This document shows, piece after piece, positions 1 through 12,039 of a stretch of DNA of 64,000 bases. A model generated the notes under the pieces. It was given only the letters and a program-made list of their open reading frames with translations, made no database searches and was not told where the DNA came from. The number at the start of each line of letters is the position of its first letter. Positions within the stretch are counted from its first letter, which is position 1. The DNA comes from Macrostomum lignano (lineage: Eukaryota), in the NCBI GenBank assembly GCA_002269645.1, contig NIVC01000624.1, forward strand, positions 62,001-126,000, in the 5' to 3' direction. A program made the position numbers and the translations under genes.

Positions 1-2490
1 GGTCAGCTGTAGATGTTTATATTGGTCAGCTGTAGATGTTTATATTGGTCAGCTGTAGATGTTATATTGGTCAGCTGTAGATGTTTATATTGGTCAGCTG
101 TAGATGTTTATATTGGTCAGCTGTAGATGCTTATATTGGTCAGCTGTACTAGATGTTATATTGGTCAGCTGTAGATGCTTATATTGGTCAGCTGTAGATG
201 TTATATTGGTCAGCTGTAGATGTTTATATTGGTCAGCTGTAGATGCTTATATTGGTCAGCTGTAGATGTTTATATTGGTCAGCTGTAGATGTATATATTG
301 GTCAGCTGTAGATGTTTATATTGGTCAGCTGTAGATGTTTATATTGGTCAGCTGTAGATGTTTATATTGGTCAGCTGTAGATGTTTATATTGGTCAGCTG
401 TAGATGCTTATATTGGTCAGCTGTAGATGTTTATATTGGTCAGCTGTAGATGCTTATATTGGTCAGCTGTAGATGTTATATTGGTCAGCTATAGATGCTT
501 TTTTTGGTCAGCTGTGGATGTTATATTGGTCAGCTGTAGATGCTTATATTGGTCAGCTGTAGATGTTATATTGGTCAGCTGTAGATGTTTATATTGGTCA
601 GCTGTAGATGCTTATATTGGTCAGCTGTAGATGTTTATATTGGTCAGCTGTAGATGTATATATTGGTCAGCTGTAGATGTTTATATTGGTCAGCTGTAGT
701 TGTTTATATTGGTCAGCTGTAGACAGCAACTGTTGGTCAGCTGTAGCTGTTTATATTGGTCAGCTGTAGATGTTTATATTGGTCAGCTGTAGATGCTTAT
801 ATTGGTCAGCTGTAGATGTTATATTGGTCAGCTGTAGATGCTTATATTGGTCAGCTGTAGATGTTATATTGGTCAGCTCTAGATGCTTATATTGGTCAGC
901 TGTAGATGTTTATATTGGTCAGCTGTAGATGTTTATATTGGTCAGCTGTAGATGTTATATTGGTCAGCTGTAGATGTTTATATTGGTCAGCTGTAGATGC
1001 TTATATTGGTCAGCTGTACTAGATGTTTATATTGGTCAGCTGTAGATGTTTATATTGGTCAGCTGTAGATGTTTATATTGGTCAGCTGTAGATGTTATAT
1101 TGGTCAGCTGTAGATGTTATATTGGTCAGCTGTAGATGTTTATATTGGTCAGCTGTAGATGCTTATATTGGTCAGCTGTAGATGCTTATATTGGTCAGCT
1201 GTAGATGTTATATTGGTCAGCTGTAGATGCTTATATTGGTCAGCTGTAGATGCTTATATTGGTCAGCTGTAGCTGTTTATACTGGTCAGCTGTAGATGTT
1301 ATATTGGTCAGCTGTAGATGTTATATTGGTCAGCTGTAGATGTTATATTGGTCAGCTGTAGATGTTTATATTGGTCAGCTGTAGATGCTTATATTGGTCA
1401 GCTGTAGATGTTTATATTAGTCAGCTGTAGATGTTTATATTGGTCAGCTGTAGATGTTTATATTGGTCAGCTGTAGATGTTATATTGGTCAGCTGTAGAT
1501 GTTTATATTGGTCAGCTGTAGATGCTTATATTGGTCAGCTGTACTAGATGTTTATATTGGTCAGCTGTAGATGTTTATATTGGTCAGCTGTAGATGTTTA
1601 TATTGGTCAGCTGTAGATGTTATATTGGTCAGCTGTAGATGTTATATTGGTCAGCTGTAGATGTTTATATTGGTCAGCTGTAGATGCTTATATTGGTCAG
1701 CTGTAGATGCTTATATTGGTCAGCTGTAGATGTTATATTGGTCAGCTGTAGATGCTTATATTGGTCAGCTGTAGATGCTTATATTGGTCAGCTGTAGCTG
1801 TTTATACTGGTCAGCTGTAGATGTTATATTGGTCAGCTGTAGATGTTATATTGGTCAGCTGTAGATGTTATATTGGTCAGCTGTAGATGTTTATATTGGT
1901 CAGCTGTAGATGCTTATATTGGTCAGCTGTAGATGTTTATATTAGTCAGCTGTAGATGTTTATATTGGTCAGTTGTAGATGCTTATATTGGTCAGCTGTA
2001 GATGCTTATATTGGTCAGCTGTAGATGTTATATTGGTCAGCTGTAGATGTTTATATTAGTCAGCTGTAGCTGTTTATATTTGTCAGCTGTAGCTGTTTAT
2101 ATTAGTCAGCTGTAGCTGTTTATATTGGTCAGCTGTAGCTGTTTATATTAGTCAGCTATAGCTGTTTATATTGGTCAGCTGTAGTTGTTTATATTAGTCA
2201 GCTGTAGACAGCAACTGGTCAGCTGTAGACAGCAACTGGTCAGCTGTAGACAGCAACTGGTCAGCTGTAGACAGCAACTGGTCAGCTGTAGACAGCAACT
2301 GGTCAGCTGTAGACAGCAACTGGTCAGCTGTAGACAGCAACTGGTCAGCTGTAGACAGCAACTGGTCAGCTGTAGACAGCAACTGGTCAGCTGTAGGCAG
2401 CAACTGGTCAGCTGTAGACAGCAACTGGTCAGCTGTAGACAGCAACTGGTCAGCTGTAGGCAGCAACTGGTCAGCTGTAGACAGCAACTG
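1..2490. repeat. Intronic minisatellite: 22-23 bp unit GGTCAGCTGTAGATGTTTATATT, switching at ~2197 to 21 bp unit GGTCAGCTGTAGACAGCAACT
   Basis: Directly visible tandem array running off the left edge and ending ~60 bp before the CWF19L1 acceptor. Confidence 0.97.
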
Positions 2491-2548
2491 CAGACCCTCT
2501 GCCCACCAAGCGCCACCAATCTGGATTCCCAATCCCCTCCCCCCTCAG

Positions 2549-2625
2549 AAGCCGGGCCGCGCAGTTTCTTCTTCGCCGAAGCCTCCGGCAAGCCGGGCCA
2601 CGCCGGTCAGAAACGGAGATCCGAA

Positions 2626-2656
<31 letters not shown>

Positions 2657-3342
2657 GCGAAGCCAAGCGGCGGCAGCAGCAGGCGGCCTGCTGGTTCTGC
2701 CTGGGCAACCCGGAAGTGCAGCGGCAGCTGGTTGTATCCGTGGCCAAGTCAACTTACCTGGCTTTGGCCCGCGGTCCCCTGGTGCCGCAGCACGTGATCG
2801 CCCTGCCAATCGGACATCACAAATGCCTGTCCGACTGTCCGGCCGAGGTTCTGTCCGAGTTCTCCCGCTACAAGCGCTGCCTGGCCCAGCTGTACGCCGC
2901 CTCCGAGCTGGCCCCGGTGTACATCGAGCGGAATTTCAAATGCTTCCACGCCCAGCTGCACTGCATCCCCGTGCCCGTGGCCTCCCTGCCCGGCCTCAAA
3001 GCCGCTTTCCTGGACGTCGCCGACAAGCACGAGCCAAGGCTGAGTCTTCGCGAGCTGCACCCTGGCGCCGATCTGGCCGACCTCGTGCCGCCCGGGGCGC
3101 CGTATTTCTGCGCCGACCTGCCCACCGGCGAGCGGCTGTTCTGCCCGATTCGTCGGGACCAGTTCGACACGTTTCCGTTGAGCTTCGGCCGCGACGTCCT
3201 GGCCTCGCATCACGTCTACGACTGTCCGACTCGCGTAGACTGGCGCGACTGCCTGCAGTCCGAGGCCGAGGAGACCGCCGCGGCCGAGGAGTTCAAGAAA
3301 TCGTTCGCCCCGTTCGATTTTTCATTGAACTGCGACGAGTGA
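2549..3342 (+). CDS. CWF19L1: CWF19-like protein 1 (CwfJ C-terminal domains), terminal coding exon; upstream exons lie outside the window
   Basis: Translation FFFA...CWFCLGNPEVQRQLVVSVAKSTYLALARGPLVPQHVIALPIGHH...ERNFKCFHAQLHCIPVP...FPLSFGRDVLA...DWRDC...FKKSFAPFDFSL aligns by eye with the CWF19L1 C-terminus (CWFCL...YLALAKG...PIGH...FPLQFGREVLA...FEPYDFTL). Acceptor CCCCTCCCCCCTCAG ends at 2548; stop TGA 3340-3342. Confidence 0.93.
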
Positions 3343-3489
3343 AGCTGCATTTTTTGTTTGCCTGTAAACCTTGTGTGGTATTGAAAGTAGTAGTTATAGC
3401 ACCTGGACTGCTAATCTGGCCAAATTAGGGTTTGGGGAAATTCCATACTTTTATATTTGCTTTTCTGTACTATGTAGATATCGTCTGAG

Positions 3490-4390
3490 ATGTGGGATAG
3501 GCTTTGTCTGGGGTGTGGGACAGGGTTTTTTCTGGGGTGTGGGACAGGGTTTTTTCTGGGGTGTGGGACAGGGTTTTTTCTGGGGTGTGGGACAGGGTTT
3601 TTTCTGGGGTGTGGGACAGGGTTTAGTCAGGGGTGTGGGACAGGGCTTTGTCTGGGGGTGGGACAGGGTTTAGTCTGGGGTGTGGGACAGGGTTTAGTCT
3701 GGGGTGTGGGACAGTGCTTTGTCTGGGGTGTGGGACAGGGTTTAGTCTGGGGTGTGGGACAGGGTTTAGTCTGGGGTGTGGGACAGGGTTTAGTCTGGGG
3801 TGTGGGACAGGGTTTAGTCTGGTGTGTGGGGCAGGGTTTAATCTGGATGTGGGACATGGTTTCTCTGGGGTGTGGGACAGGGTTTCTCTGGGGTGTGGGA
3901 CAGGGTTTTTTCTGGGGTGTGGGACAGGGTTTCTCTGGGGTGTGGGACAGGGTTTTTTCTGGGCTGTGGGACAGGGTTTAATCTGGATGTGGGACAGGGT
4001 TTCTCTGGGGTGTGGGACAGGGTTTAGTCTGGATGTGGGACAGGGTTTAATCTGGATGTGGGACAGGGTTTAATCTGGATGTGGGACAGGGTTTCTCTGG
4101 GGTGTGGGACAGGGTTTAATCTGGATGTGGGACAGGGTTTCTCTGGGGTGTGGGACAGGGTTTTTTCTGGGCTGTGGGACAGGGTTTAATCTGGATGTGG
4201 GACAGGGTTTCTCTGGGGTGTGGGACAGGGTTTAATCTGGATGTGGGACAGGGTTTCTCTGGGGTGTGGGACAGGGTTTCTCTGGGGTGTGGGACAGGGT
4301 TTAGTCTGGGTGTGGGACAGGGTTTAGTCTGGGTGTGGGACAGGGTTTAGTCTGGGTGTGGGACAGGGTTTAGTCTGGGTGTGGGACATG
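3490..4390 (+). repeat. G-rich minisatellite, ~24-25 bp unit GTGTGGGACAGGGTTTAGTCTGGG
   Basis: Visible tandem array; same family as 5510-6095 in the opposite orientation. Confidence 0.95.
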
Positions 4391-4709
4391 GTTTATTCTA
4401 TGGTCTTCTGTACACTTGGGAAATGAAGAAAGTTTGAGAATTAAAATTTTAACGCATTTAGGTCTTGATAATTGATATTTTTATATCTTTTTCAACCGTT
4501 TGATGAACTTTGTGTGTACCCAGCTTTGTTCCTAAACTCAATGAATCGACATATTTTCAGGCGTGTCATACTACTCTCAAGTAAATCCAGAAGGAATTTG
4601 CAGTCAAAAAATTTTTTTGTTGTCAGACTTTGACGGAGCTGTCAGACAGAATAGATGTTAAGACAAAAATATTTTATTACTTCTTTTTTCGAAGCAGATG
4701 GACAGAATG

Positions 4710-5090
4710 GATAGGTAGATAAGAGACTGGGGATAGCAGGTGTAGGTAGATAAGAGACTGAGGATAGCAGGGGTAGGTAGATAAGAGACTGGGGATATCA
4801 GGGGTAGGTAGATAAGAGACTGGGGATAGCAGGTGTAGGTAGATAAGAGACTGGGGATAGCAGGTGTAGGTAGATAAGAGACTGGGGATAGCAGGTGTAG
4901 GTAGATAAGAGACTGGGGATAGCAGGGGTAGGTAGATAAGAGACTGGGGATAGCAGGTGTAGGTAGATAAGAGACTGGGGATAGCAGGGGTAGGTAGATA
5001 AGAGACTGGGGATAGCAGGGGTAGATTAGAGACAGGAGATAGCAGGGGTAGGTAGATTAGAGACTGGAGATAGCAGGTTTAGGTAGATAA
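4710..5090. repeat. 31 bp minisatellite GGTAGATAAGAGACTGGGGATAGCAGGTGTA
   Basis: Visible tandem array, period 31. Confidence 0.93.
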
Positions 5091-5509
5091 GGATCTTTAA
5101 AGAAGTGAATATGCGAAGTTACGGGTGACGCGCCGGCCGAGTTCGGGCAGACTTTGAGCAGTTTGTCACGCTTCCATTCCGAAAATTTGTTGAACGGCGG
5201 CTTTTAATTATCGCCTCGGGGTGTCGCCACGCCCTGACTCGGCTTGACAATTGGCTTCGTCAGGAGATGAGCGACGTGCTGGCAGTGCCAGTTTTGGCTG
5301 TTTTTGTAATCTTTGTTCCATATTTGGCCACTTTAGCTAACGTGGTGGTGCCTTTGAAAGAATTTTGTTGGGTAGCGAAACAGTCTTTGCCGGTAGCAGA
5401 GCACATCTTGCGCTTTGACTTTTCTATTTATAGAAGAGATGTCTGCTCAAGCCTTACAAAAATCAATGGAGCAATAAAACACACATGTAATAAACCCTTC
5501 CGATACTAC

Positions 5510-6095
5510 AAAAACCTGTCCCACACCCCAGACAAAACCCTGTCCCATACCCTAGTCAAACATGTCCCATACCCCAGTCAAACCCTGTCCCATATCCCAG
5601 TCAAACCCTGTCCCATACCCCAGACAAACCCTGTCTTATACCCCAGACAAACCCTGTCTTATACCCCAGTCAAACCTTGTCCATACCCCAGACAAACCCT
5701 GTCGCACACCCTAGAAAAAACCCTGTCTCCCACACAAGACAAATCTTGTCCTTCACCCCAGACAACCCTGTCCCACACTCCAGACAAACCCTGTCCCATA
5801 CCCCAGTCAAACCCTGTCCCATACCCCAGACAAACCCTGTCCCACACTCCAGTCAAACCCTGTCCCATACCCCAGACAAACCCTGTCCCACACTCCAGAC
5901 AAACCCTGTCCCATACCCCAGTCAAACATGTCCCATAACCCAGTCAAACATGTCCCATACCCCAGTCAAACCCTGTCCCATATCCCAGTCAAACCCTGTC
6001 TCATACCCCAGACAAACCCTGTCCCATACCCCAGACAACCCTGTCCCACACCCCAGACAAACCCTGTCCCACACCCAGACAAACCCTGTCCGATA
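5510..6095 (-). repeat. Minisatellite CCCAGACAAACCCTGTCCCATAC, reverse complement of the 3490-4390 family
   Basis: Reverse complement GTATGGGACAGGGTTTGTCTGGGG matches the left array unit. Confidence 0.93.
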
Positions 6096-6540
6096 CCACA
6101 TACAAACCCCTGGCTGATTTTTCGACAAGCATTGAGAACACAAGTGCAAGAAGTACGGGTGTTCGAATTTTGTGTTTTTTTAAAACTCGGAAGGGAAGCC
6201 ATCAAGTGCACTAAAGGGACTTTTTGAGATCCAAGTGTCTGCTTAATCCCTGCAGTGTCTGCTCAATAAATTTGTTTTCACCGAAATTTTTTAGACGACG
6301 CTAATTTTATAATTACAAGGCGTTTTGAGGCCTTAGCAGGTGCTTTTGAAGCATTTCTGCTGCTCATTCATCTTTAGTCTTTGATGTGGGTCTCGCATCT
6401 TTGTTATCTGAAAATCACTGTTTACGCCCATGATATTGACACGAATCTTGTCGCTAATGGTATAATTAGGGAATTAGAAGCATTAATGCATAAACTGGTT
6501 AATTATAACTAATTGACATGTAGACAGATAGACTAAGCAC

Positions 6541-7145
6541 CAGACAGACACTATGGCAGACACTAGGGCAGACACTATGACAGACACTATGGCAGACACT
6601 AGGGCAGACACTAGGGCAGACACTAGGGCAGACACTAGGGCAGACACTATGGCAGACACTAGGGCAGACACTATGGCAGACACTAGGGCAGACACTAAGA
6701 CAGACACTATGGCAGACACTATGGCAGACAACATGGCAGACATTAGGACAGACACTAAGGCAGACACTAGGGCAGACACTAGGGCAGAAACTAGGACAGA
6801 CACTAGGGCAGACACTAAGACAGACACTAGGGCAGACACTAGGGCAGACACTAAGACAGACACTAGGGCAGACACTAGGACAGACACTAGGGCAGACACT
6901 AGGGCAGACACTAGGGCAGACACTAAGACAGACACTAGGGCAGACACTAAGACAGACACTAGGGCAGACACTATGGCAGACAACATGGCAGACATTAGGA
7001 CAGACACTAAGGCAGACACTAGGGCAGAAACTAGGACAGACACTAGGGCAGACACTAAGGCAGACAACATGGCAGACACTAGGGCAGACACTAAGACAGA
7101 CACTAAGGCAGACACTATAACACTAGGACAGACACTAGGGCAGAC
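6541..7145. repeat. 12 bp minisatellite GCAGACACTAGG
   Basis: Visible array; source of the ADTR/SALV pseudo-ORFs. Confidence 0.95.
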
Positions 7146-7315
7146 AGAAATAAACTGATCGAATGATTGATACAGTGCCAGCTAAACAGGCTGACTGATA
7201 GGTCAGCAGCTCGTTGCTCCCGGGCCCCCCAGCTCAGCCGAAGGCCGCCCCGCCCGGCCCAATCGCTGCCCCGAGTCGCCGCTGGCCGGCCCGCCCATGC
7301 ACCGAGCGCCGCCCC

Positions 7316-7321
7316 TATAAA
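7316..7321 (+). promoter_or_regulatory. TATA box of NPF precursor gene 1
   Basis: TATAAA in a GC-rich context ~120 bp upstream of ATG 7440. Confidence 0.6.
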
Positions 7322-7439
7322 TCCGGGCAGCCCGGCATCTCGAAGGCTCGCCGCGCAGAAATCCCCCCGCCTAGCAGCTAACGGCAGGTTAAACAACACC
7401 CACAAACTGATCAACCGCAACCTCGGCCCAGCAGCAGAA

Positions 7440-7853
7440 ATGAACGCGGCTCAACTGTCAACTCTTCTGCTTTTGCTCCTGTCCGCCGCCGCCCTCGGCC
7501 AGTCCAAGTCTCTGGCCAGAGCGCCCGAGGAGGTGAACAAAGACTTCACCTCCGCCGACGACGTGGCCGAGTACTTACACTACCTGAACAAGTACTTCCA
7601 CTCGGTCAGCCGGCCCCGATTCGGCAAGCGCGGCAACGCCTACGACTTCCGCTCGCCAGCCGAGGCCGCCAAGTATGTGACCAGCCTGAACCAGTACCTG
7701 CACTCGGTCAGCCGGCCCCGCTTCGGCAAGCGGCAGGCCTCCTTCGACACCCCGGCCGCGGCCGCCGAGTACATCAACAACCTCAACCAGTACCTGCACT
7801 CCATGAGCCGGCCCCGCTTCGGCAAGCGGATGTACCGCATTGACAGGCGATGA
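7440..7853 (+). CDS. Intronless NPY/NPF-family neuropeptide precursor 1 (137 aa) with three NPF peptides ending SRPRF-GKR
   Basis: Signal peptide MNAAQLSTLLLLLLSAAALG; three repeats of Y(-17)..L(-13)..Y(-10)...RPRF followed by G-K-R amidation/cleavage sites; TATA upstream; AATAAA at 7995-8000 and 8008-8013. Confidence 0.93.
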   Translation: MNAAQLSTLLLLLLSAAALGQSKSLARAPEEVNKDFTSADDVAEYLHYLNKYFHSVSRPRFGKRGNAYDFRSPAEAAKYVTSLNQYLHSVSRPRFGKRQASFDTPAAAAEYINNLNQYLHSMSRPRFGKRMYRIDRR

Positions 7854-8094
7854 TTCGATTGGATTGAGCAGCGTTTCCTAGAAACTGGACCGACTGAGTC
7901 AATTGCTGGCCCGTCTCTCCCTCTTCACTCGAACCTCTCTGTGTCTCTCACAGCTCCTACTTGGCGAACTGTTATTGCTAACACGATGCGTCAAAATAAA
8001 ATCCGACAATAAACGCGTGCAATTGTGAAAACTAAATTGTTTTGCCACTGCTTTCTGAACTACTGCTTAAGATTGTTGCTTTCAGACATGGATT

Positions 8095-8275
8095 ATAGCA
8101 GAACTGGTAGCTATGAGTCTATGACCAGAGCGGAACTGGTAGCTATGAGTCCATGACCAGAGCAGAACTGGTAGCTATGAGTCCATGACCAGAGCAGAAC
8201 TGGTAGCTATGAGTCTATGACCAGGGCGGAACTAGTAGCTATAAATCTCATGACCATAGCGGAACTAGTTTGTAT
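8095..8275. repeat. 32 bp minisatellite AGAGCAGAACTGGTAGCTATGAGTCCATGACC (~5-6 copies)
   Basis: Period 32 visible; homologous to the 38 bp array at 12040-12780. Confidence 0.9.
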
Positions 8276-8354
8276 GACCATAATCCTTTGCTGACTGAGG
8301 TCAGACTGAGGTATGACAATTGACGTTAAAACCGAATAAAGAGATTCAAATAAG

Positions 8355-8720
8355 CAATTTCAATTTATTTGCTAAGCCACAGTGTCATCTTCAACGAGGC
8401 CTTCTTGTAATTCTGCTAAGCTTTCTAATTTCCTTTCGCTGAATGAGGAAATAAAAAAAACAGCTCTTTTGTCACGAGGCTGCTGCTTTGATTTTCGATT
8501 CTTCGCCTCTCCGTAATGCGTCCGTGATTTCAGTTCGCATTGCGACCCTTCGTTTCCCGGAGGAAGAACAAAATTGCGCCATTGATAATTCCACATTCGC
8601 CGAGTTTCCATAGCAACCAGACTAAGATAAGGACGATTGGTTAGTTTAAAGAGAGTGGCTGCTAACACTTTGCTTGAATTTGTAGCAGATTGCATGCAAA
8701 TGAAGAGGATTAAATGTAGC
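8355..8720. promoter_or_regulatory. Conserved non-coding block, copy 1: RFX X-box GTTTCCATAGCAAC 8604-8617, AGATAA 8625-8630, octamer ATGCAAAT 8694-8701
   Basis: Alignable by eye with 12825-13110; motifs retained in both copies. Confidence 0.6.
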
Positions 8721-8860
8721 AATTGTTCCCAAAATTTCTTTTAAAGACCTCTTCGATTTTCGTCACTGCATACAGCACACTTTCTCGCGAAAAACTTCAA
8801 ACTGAAACCAACAGATAATACTTTGTTGCAGACAGATCGAACTGCTTGAGTTCCAGTCGC

Positions 8861-11246
8861 TATGACCATTGTGTAACTAGGCTGTCTATGACCATTGTGT
8901 AGCTAAACTGTCTATGACCATTGTGTAGCTAAACTGTCTATGACCATTGTGTAGCTAAACTGTCTATGACCATTGTGTAGCTAAGCTGTCTATGACCATT
9001 GTGTAGCTAAACTGTCTATGACCATTGTGTAGCTAAGCTGTCTATGACCATTGTGTAGCTAAACTGTCTATGACCATTGTGTAGCTAAACTGTCTATGAC
9101 CATTGTGTAGCTAAACTGTCTATGACCATTGTGTAGCTAAGCTGTCTATGACCATTGTGTAGCTAAACTGTCTATGACCATTGTGTAGCTAAGTTTTCTA
9201 TGACCATTGTGTAGCTAAACTGTCTATGACCATTGTGTAGCTAAACTGTCTATGACCATTGTGTAGCCAAGTTTTCTATGACCATTGTGTAGCTAAACTG
9301 TCTATGACCATTGTGTAGCCAAGTTTTCTATGACCATTGTGTAGCTAAACTGTCTATGACCATTGTGTAGCTAAACTGTCTATGACCATTGTGTAGCCAA
9401 GTTTTCTATGACCATTGTGTAGCTAAACTGTCTATGACCATTGTGTAGCTAAACTGTCTATGACCATTGTGTAGCTAAACTGTCTATGACCATTGTGTAG
9501 CTAAACTGTCTATGACCATTGTGTAACTAGGCTGTCTATGACCATTGTGTAGCTAAACTGTCTATGACCATTGTGTAGCTAAACTGTCTATGACCATTGT
9601 GTAGCTAAACTGTCTATGACCATTGTGTAGCTAAACTGTCTATGACCATTGTGTAGCTAAACTGTCTATGACCATTGTGTAGCTAAACTGTCTATGACCA
9701 TTGTGTAGCTAAGCTGTCTATGACCATTGTGTAGCTAAACTGTCTATGACCATTGTGTAGCTAAGTTTTCTATGACCATTGTGTAGCTAAACTGTCTATG
9801 ACCATTGTGTAGCTAAACTGTCTATGACCATTGTGTAGCCAAGTTTTCTATGACCATTGTGTAGCTAAACTGTCTATGACCATTGTGTAGCTAAACTGTC
9901 TATGACCATTGTGTAGCTAAACTGTCTATGACCATTGTGTAGCTAAACTGTCTATGACCATTGTGTAACTAGGCTGTCTATGACCATTGTGTAGCTAAAC
10001 TGTCTATGACCATTGTGTAGCTAAACTGTCTATGACCATTGTGTAGCTAAACTGTCTATGACCATTCTGTAGCCAAGTTTTCTATGACCATTGTGTAGCT
10101 AAACTGTCTATGACCATTGTGTAGCTAAACTGTCTATGACCATTGTGTAGCTAAACTGTCTATGACCATTGTGTAGCTAAACTGTCTATGACCATTGTGT
10201 AGCTAAACTGTCTATGACCATTGTGTAGCTAAACTGTCTATGACCATTGTGTAGCTAAACTGTCTATGACCATTGTGTAGCCAAGTTTTCTATGACCATT
10301 GTGTAGCTAAACTGTCTATGACCATTGTGTAGCTAAACTGTCTATGACCATTGTGTAGCTAAACTGTCTATGACCATTGTGTAACTAGGCTGTCTATGAC
10401 CATTGTGTAGCTAAACTGTCTATGACCATTGTGTAGCTAAACTGTCTATGACCATTGTGTAGCTAAACTGTCTATGACCATTCTGTAGCCAAGTTTTCTA
10501 TGACCATTGTGTAGCTAAACTGTCTATGACCATTGTGTAGCTAAACTGTCTATGACCATTGTGTAGCCAAGTTTTCTATGACCATTGTGTAGCTAAACTG
10601 TCTATGACCATTGTGTAGCCAAGTTTTCTATGACCATTGTGTAGCTAAACTGTCTATGACCATTGTGTAGCTAAACTGTCTATGACCATTGTGTAGCCAA
10701 GTTTTCTATGACCATTGTGTAGCTAAACTGTCTATGACCATTGTGTAGCTAAACTGTCTATGACCATTGTGTAGCTAAACTGTCTATGACCATTGTGTAG
10801 CTAAACTGTCTATGACCATTGTGTAACTAGGCTGTCTATGACCATTGTGTAGCTAAACTGTCTATGACCATTGTGTAGCTAAACTGTCTATGACCATTGT
10901 GTAGCTAAACTGTCTATGACCATTGTGTAGCTAAACTATTTTTGACCATTGTGTAGCTAAACTGTCTATGACCATTGTGTAGCTAAACTGTCTATGACAA
11001 TTGTGTAGCTAAACTGTCTATGACCATTGTGTAGCTAAGCTGTCTATGACCATTGTGTAGCTAAACTGTCTATGACCATTGTGTAGCCAAGTTTTCTATG
11101 ACCATTGTGTAGCTAAGCTGTCTATGACCATTGTGTAGCTAAACTGTCTATGACCATTGTGTAGCCAAGTTTTCTATGACCATTGTGTAGCTAAACTGTC
11201 TATGACCATTGTGTAGCTAAGCTGTCTATGATAATTGTGCAGCTAA
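8861..11246. repeat. 26 bp satellite TATGACCATTGTGTAGCTAAACTGTC (~90 copies)
   Basis: Visible homogeneous array with recurring variant monomers. Confidence 0.97.
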
Positions 11247-11486
11247 CATTGCTTTCACGACCACTGCACATGAATATGCTTTCCGGCATATACTACTATC
11301 AGTAGGAACTATGGACACGATCTTAAAATTTATCAATGCGCAATCTGCAGCTTGAAAAATATGAAGTGACATCCTTTGGGATTGCCTAAAGAATGGGAAC
11401 TCTCGTTTCTCTGCACCTTTCCGCCTCTGTTCCTCCGTATACTTCGTAATCTTAATCTTAATCTTAATCTTAAAGTTAATAAAACC

Positions 11487-11798
11487 ATGGCTCGACTCCC
11501 AACTCTAATTCTGGTGCTGGTGCTCATCTTTGGGACTCTGGATCCGCCCAGCTGCCTGGCAGAAGTTCCAGAAGCTCCAACACAGTTCAACTCGGCCGAC
11601 GAAGTTGACGAGTACTCGCAGGACCTCAACAAGTACTTCTACTGGCTCAGCCTTTCCCGGTTCGGCAAGCGCAGCAAGACCAAAGACTTTCGCTCATCTG
11701 AAGAGGCCACCAAGTACGTGATCAGCCTGCTGCAGTACGTGTACTGGGCCAGCCGGCCTCGCTACGGCAAGCGGCAGTACCGCATTAATAGACGATGA
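11487..11798 (+). CDS. Intronless NPY/NPF-family precursor 2 (103 aa) with two peptides: ...YFYWLSLSRF-GKR and ...YVYWASRPRY-GKR
   Basis: ATG in context AAAACCATGG; hydrophobic signal MARLPTLILVLVLIFGTL; Y-17/L-13/Y-10 spacing in both peptides; tail QYRINRR matches MYRIDRR of gene 1; 3' flank homologous to gene 1. Confidence 0.88.
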   Translation: MARLPTLILVLVLIFGTLDPPSCLAEVPEAPTQFNSADEVDEYSQDLNKYFYWLSLSRFGKRSKTKDFRSSEEATKYVISLLQYVYWASRPRYGKRQYRINRR

Positions 11799-12039
11799 TT
11801 CGATTCCATTGCAGTTGCAGGGCGGTTTTTCTTGGAAACTGGACCCTTTCACTCCGACCTCTCTCTGTTTCTCTCACCCTCAGCTCCTATTTGGCAAACT
11901 CAAGCATGCAGCACAGAAACTGTTATTGCTAACACAATGCCCCCATGAGAGGCAAGTGCGTCAAAAAAAAATATCCGACAATTTACGCGTGTAATTAATT
12001 GTGCGAAAGATTTTAATTTCTGCTTTTAGGCGCAAATTG

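Noticed and set aside
5260-5435. Small minus-strand ORF (MCSATGKDCF..., 48 aa) with TATAAATA upstream, and the plus-strand ORF starting 5267, between the inverted arrays
   Set aside because: TATA is only ~19 bp from the ATG; no recognisable domain or codon bias.
8861-11246. CRISPR-like appearance of the 26-39 bp arrays
   Set aside because: No unique spacers, no cas genes, eukaryotic context; these are plain satellites.
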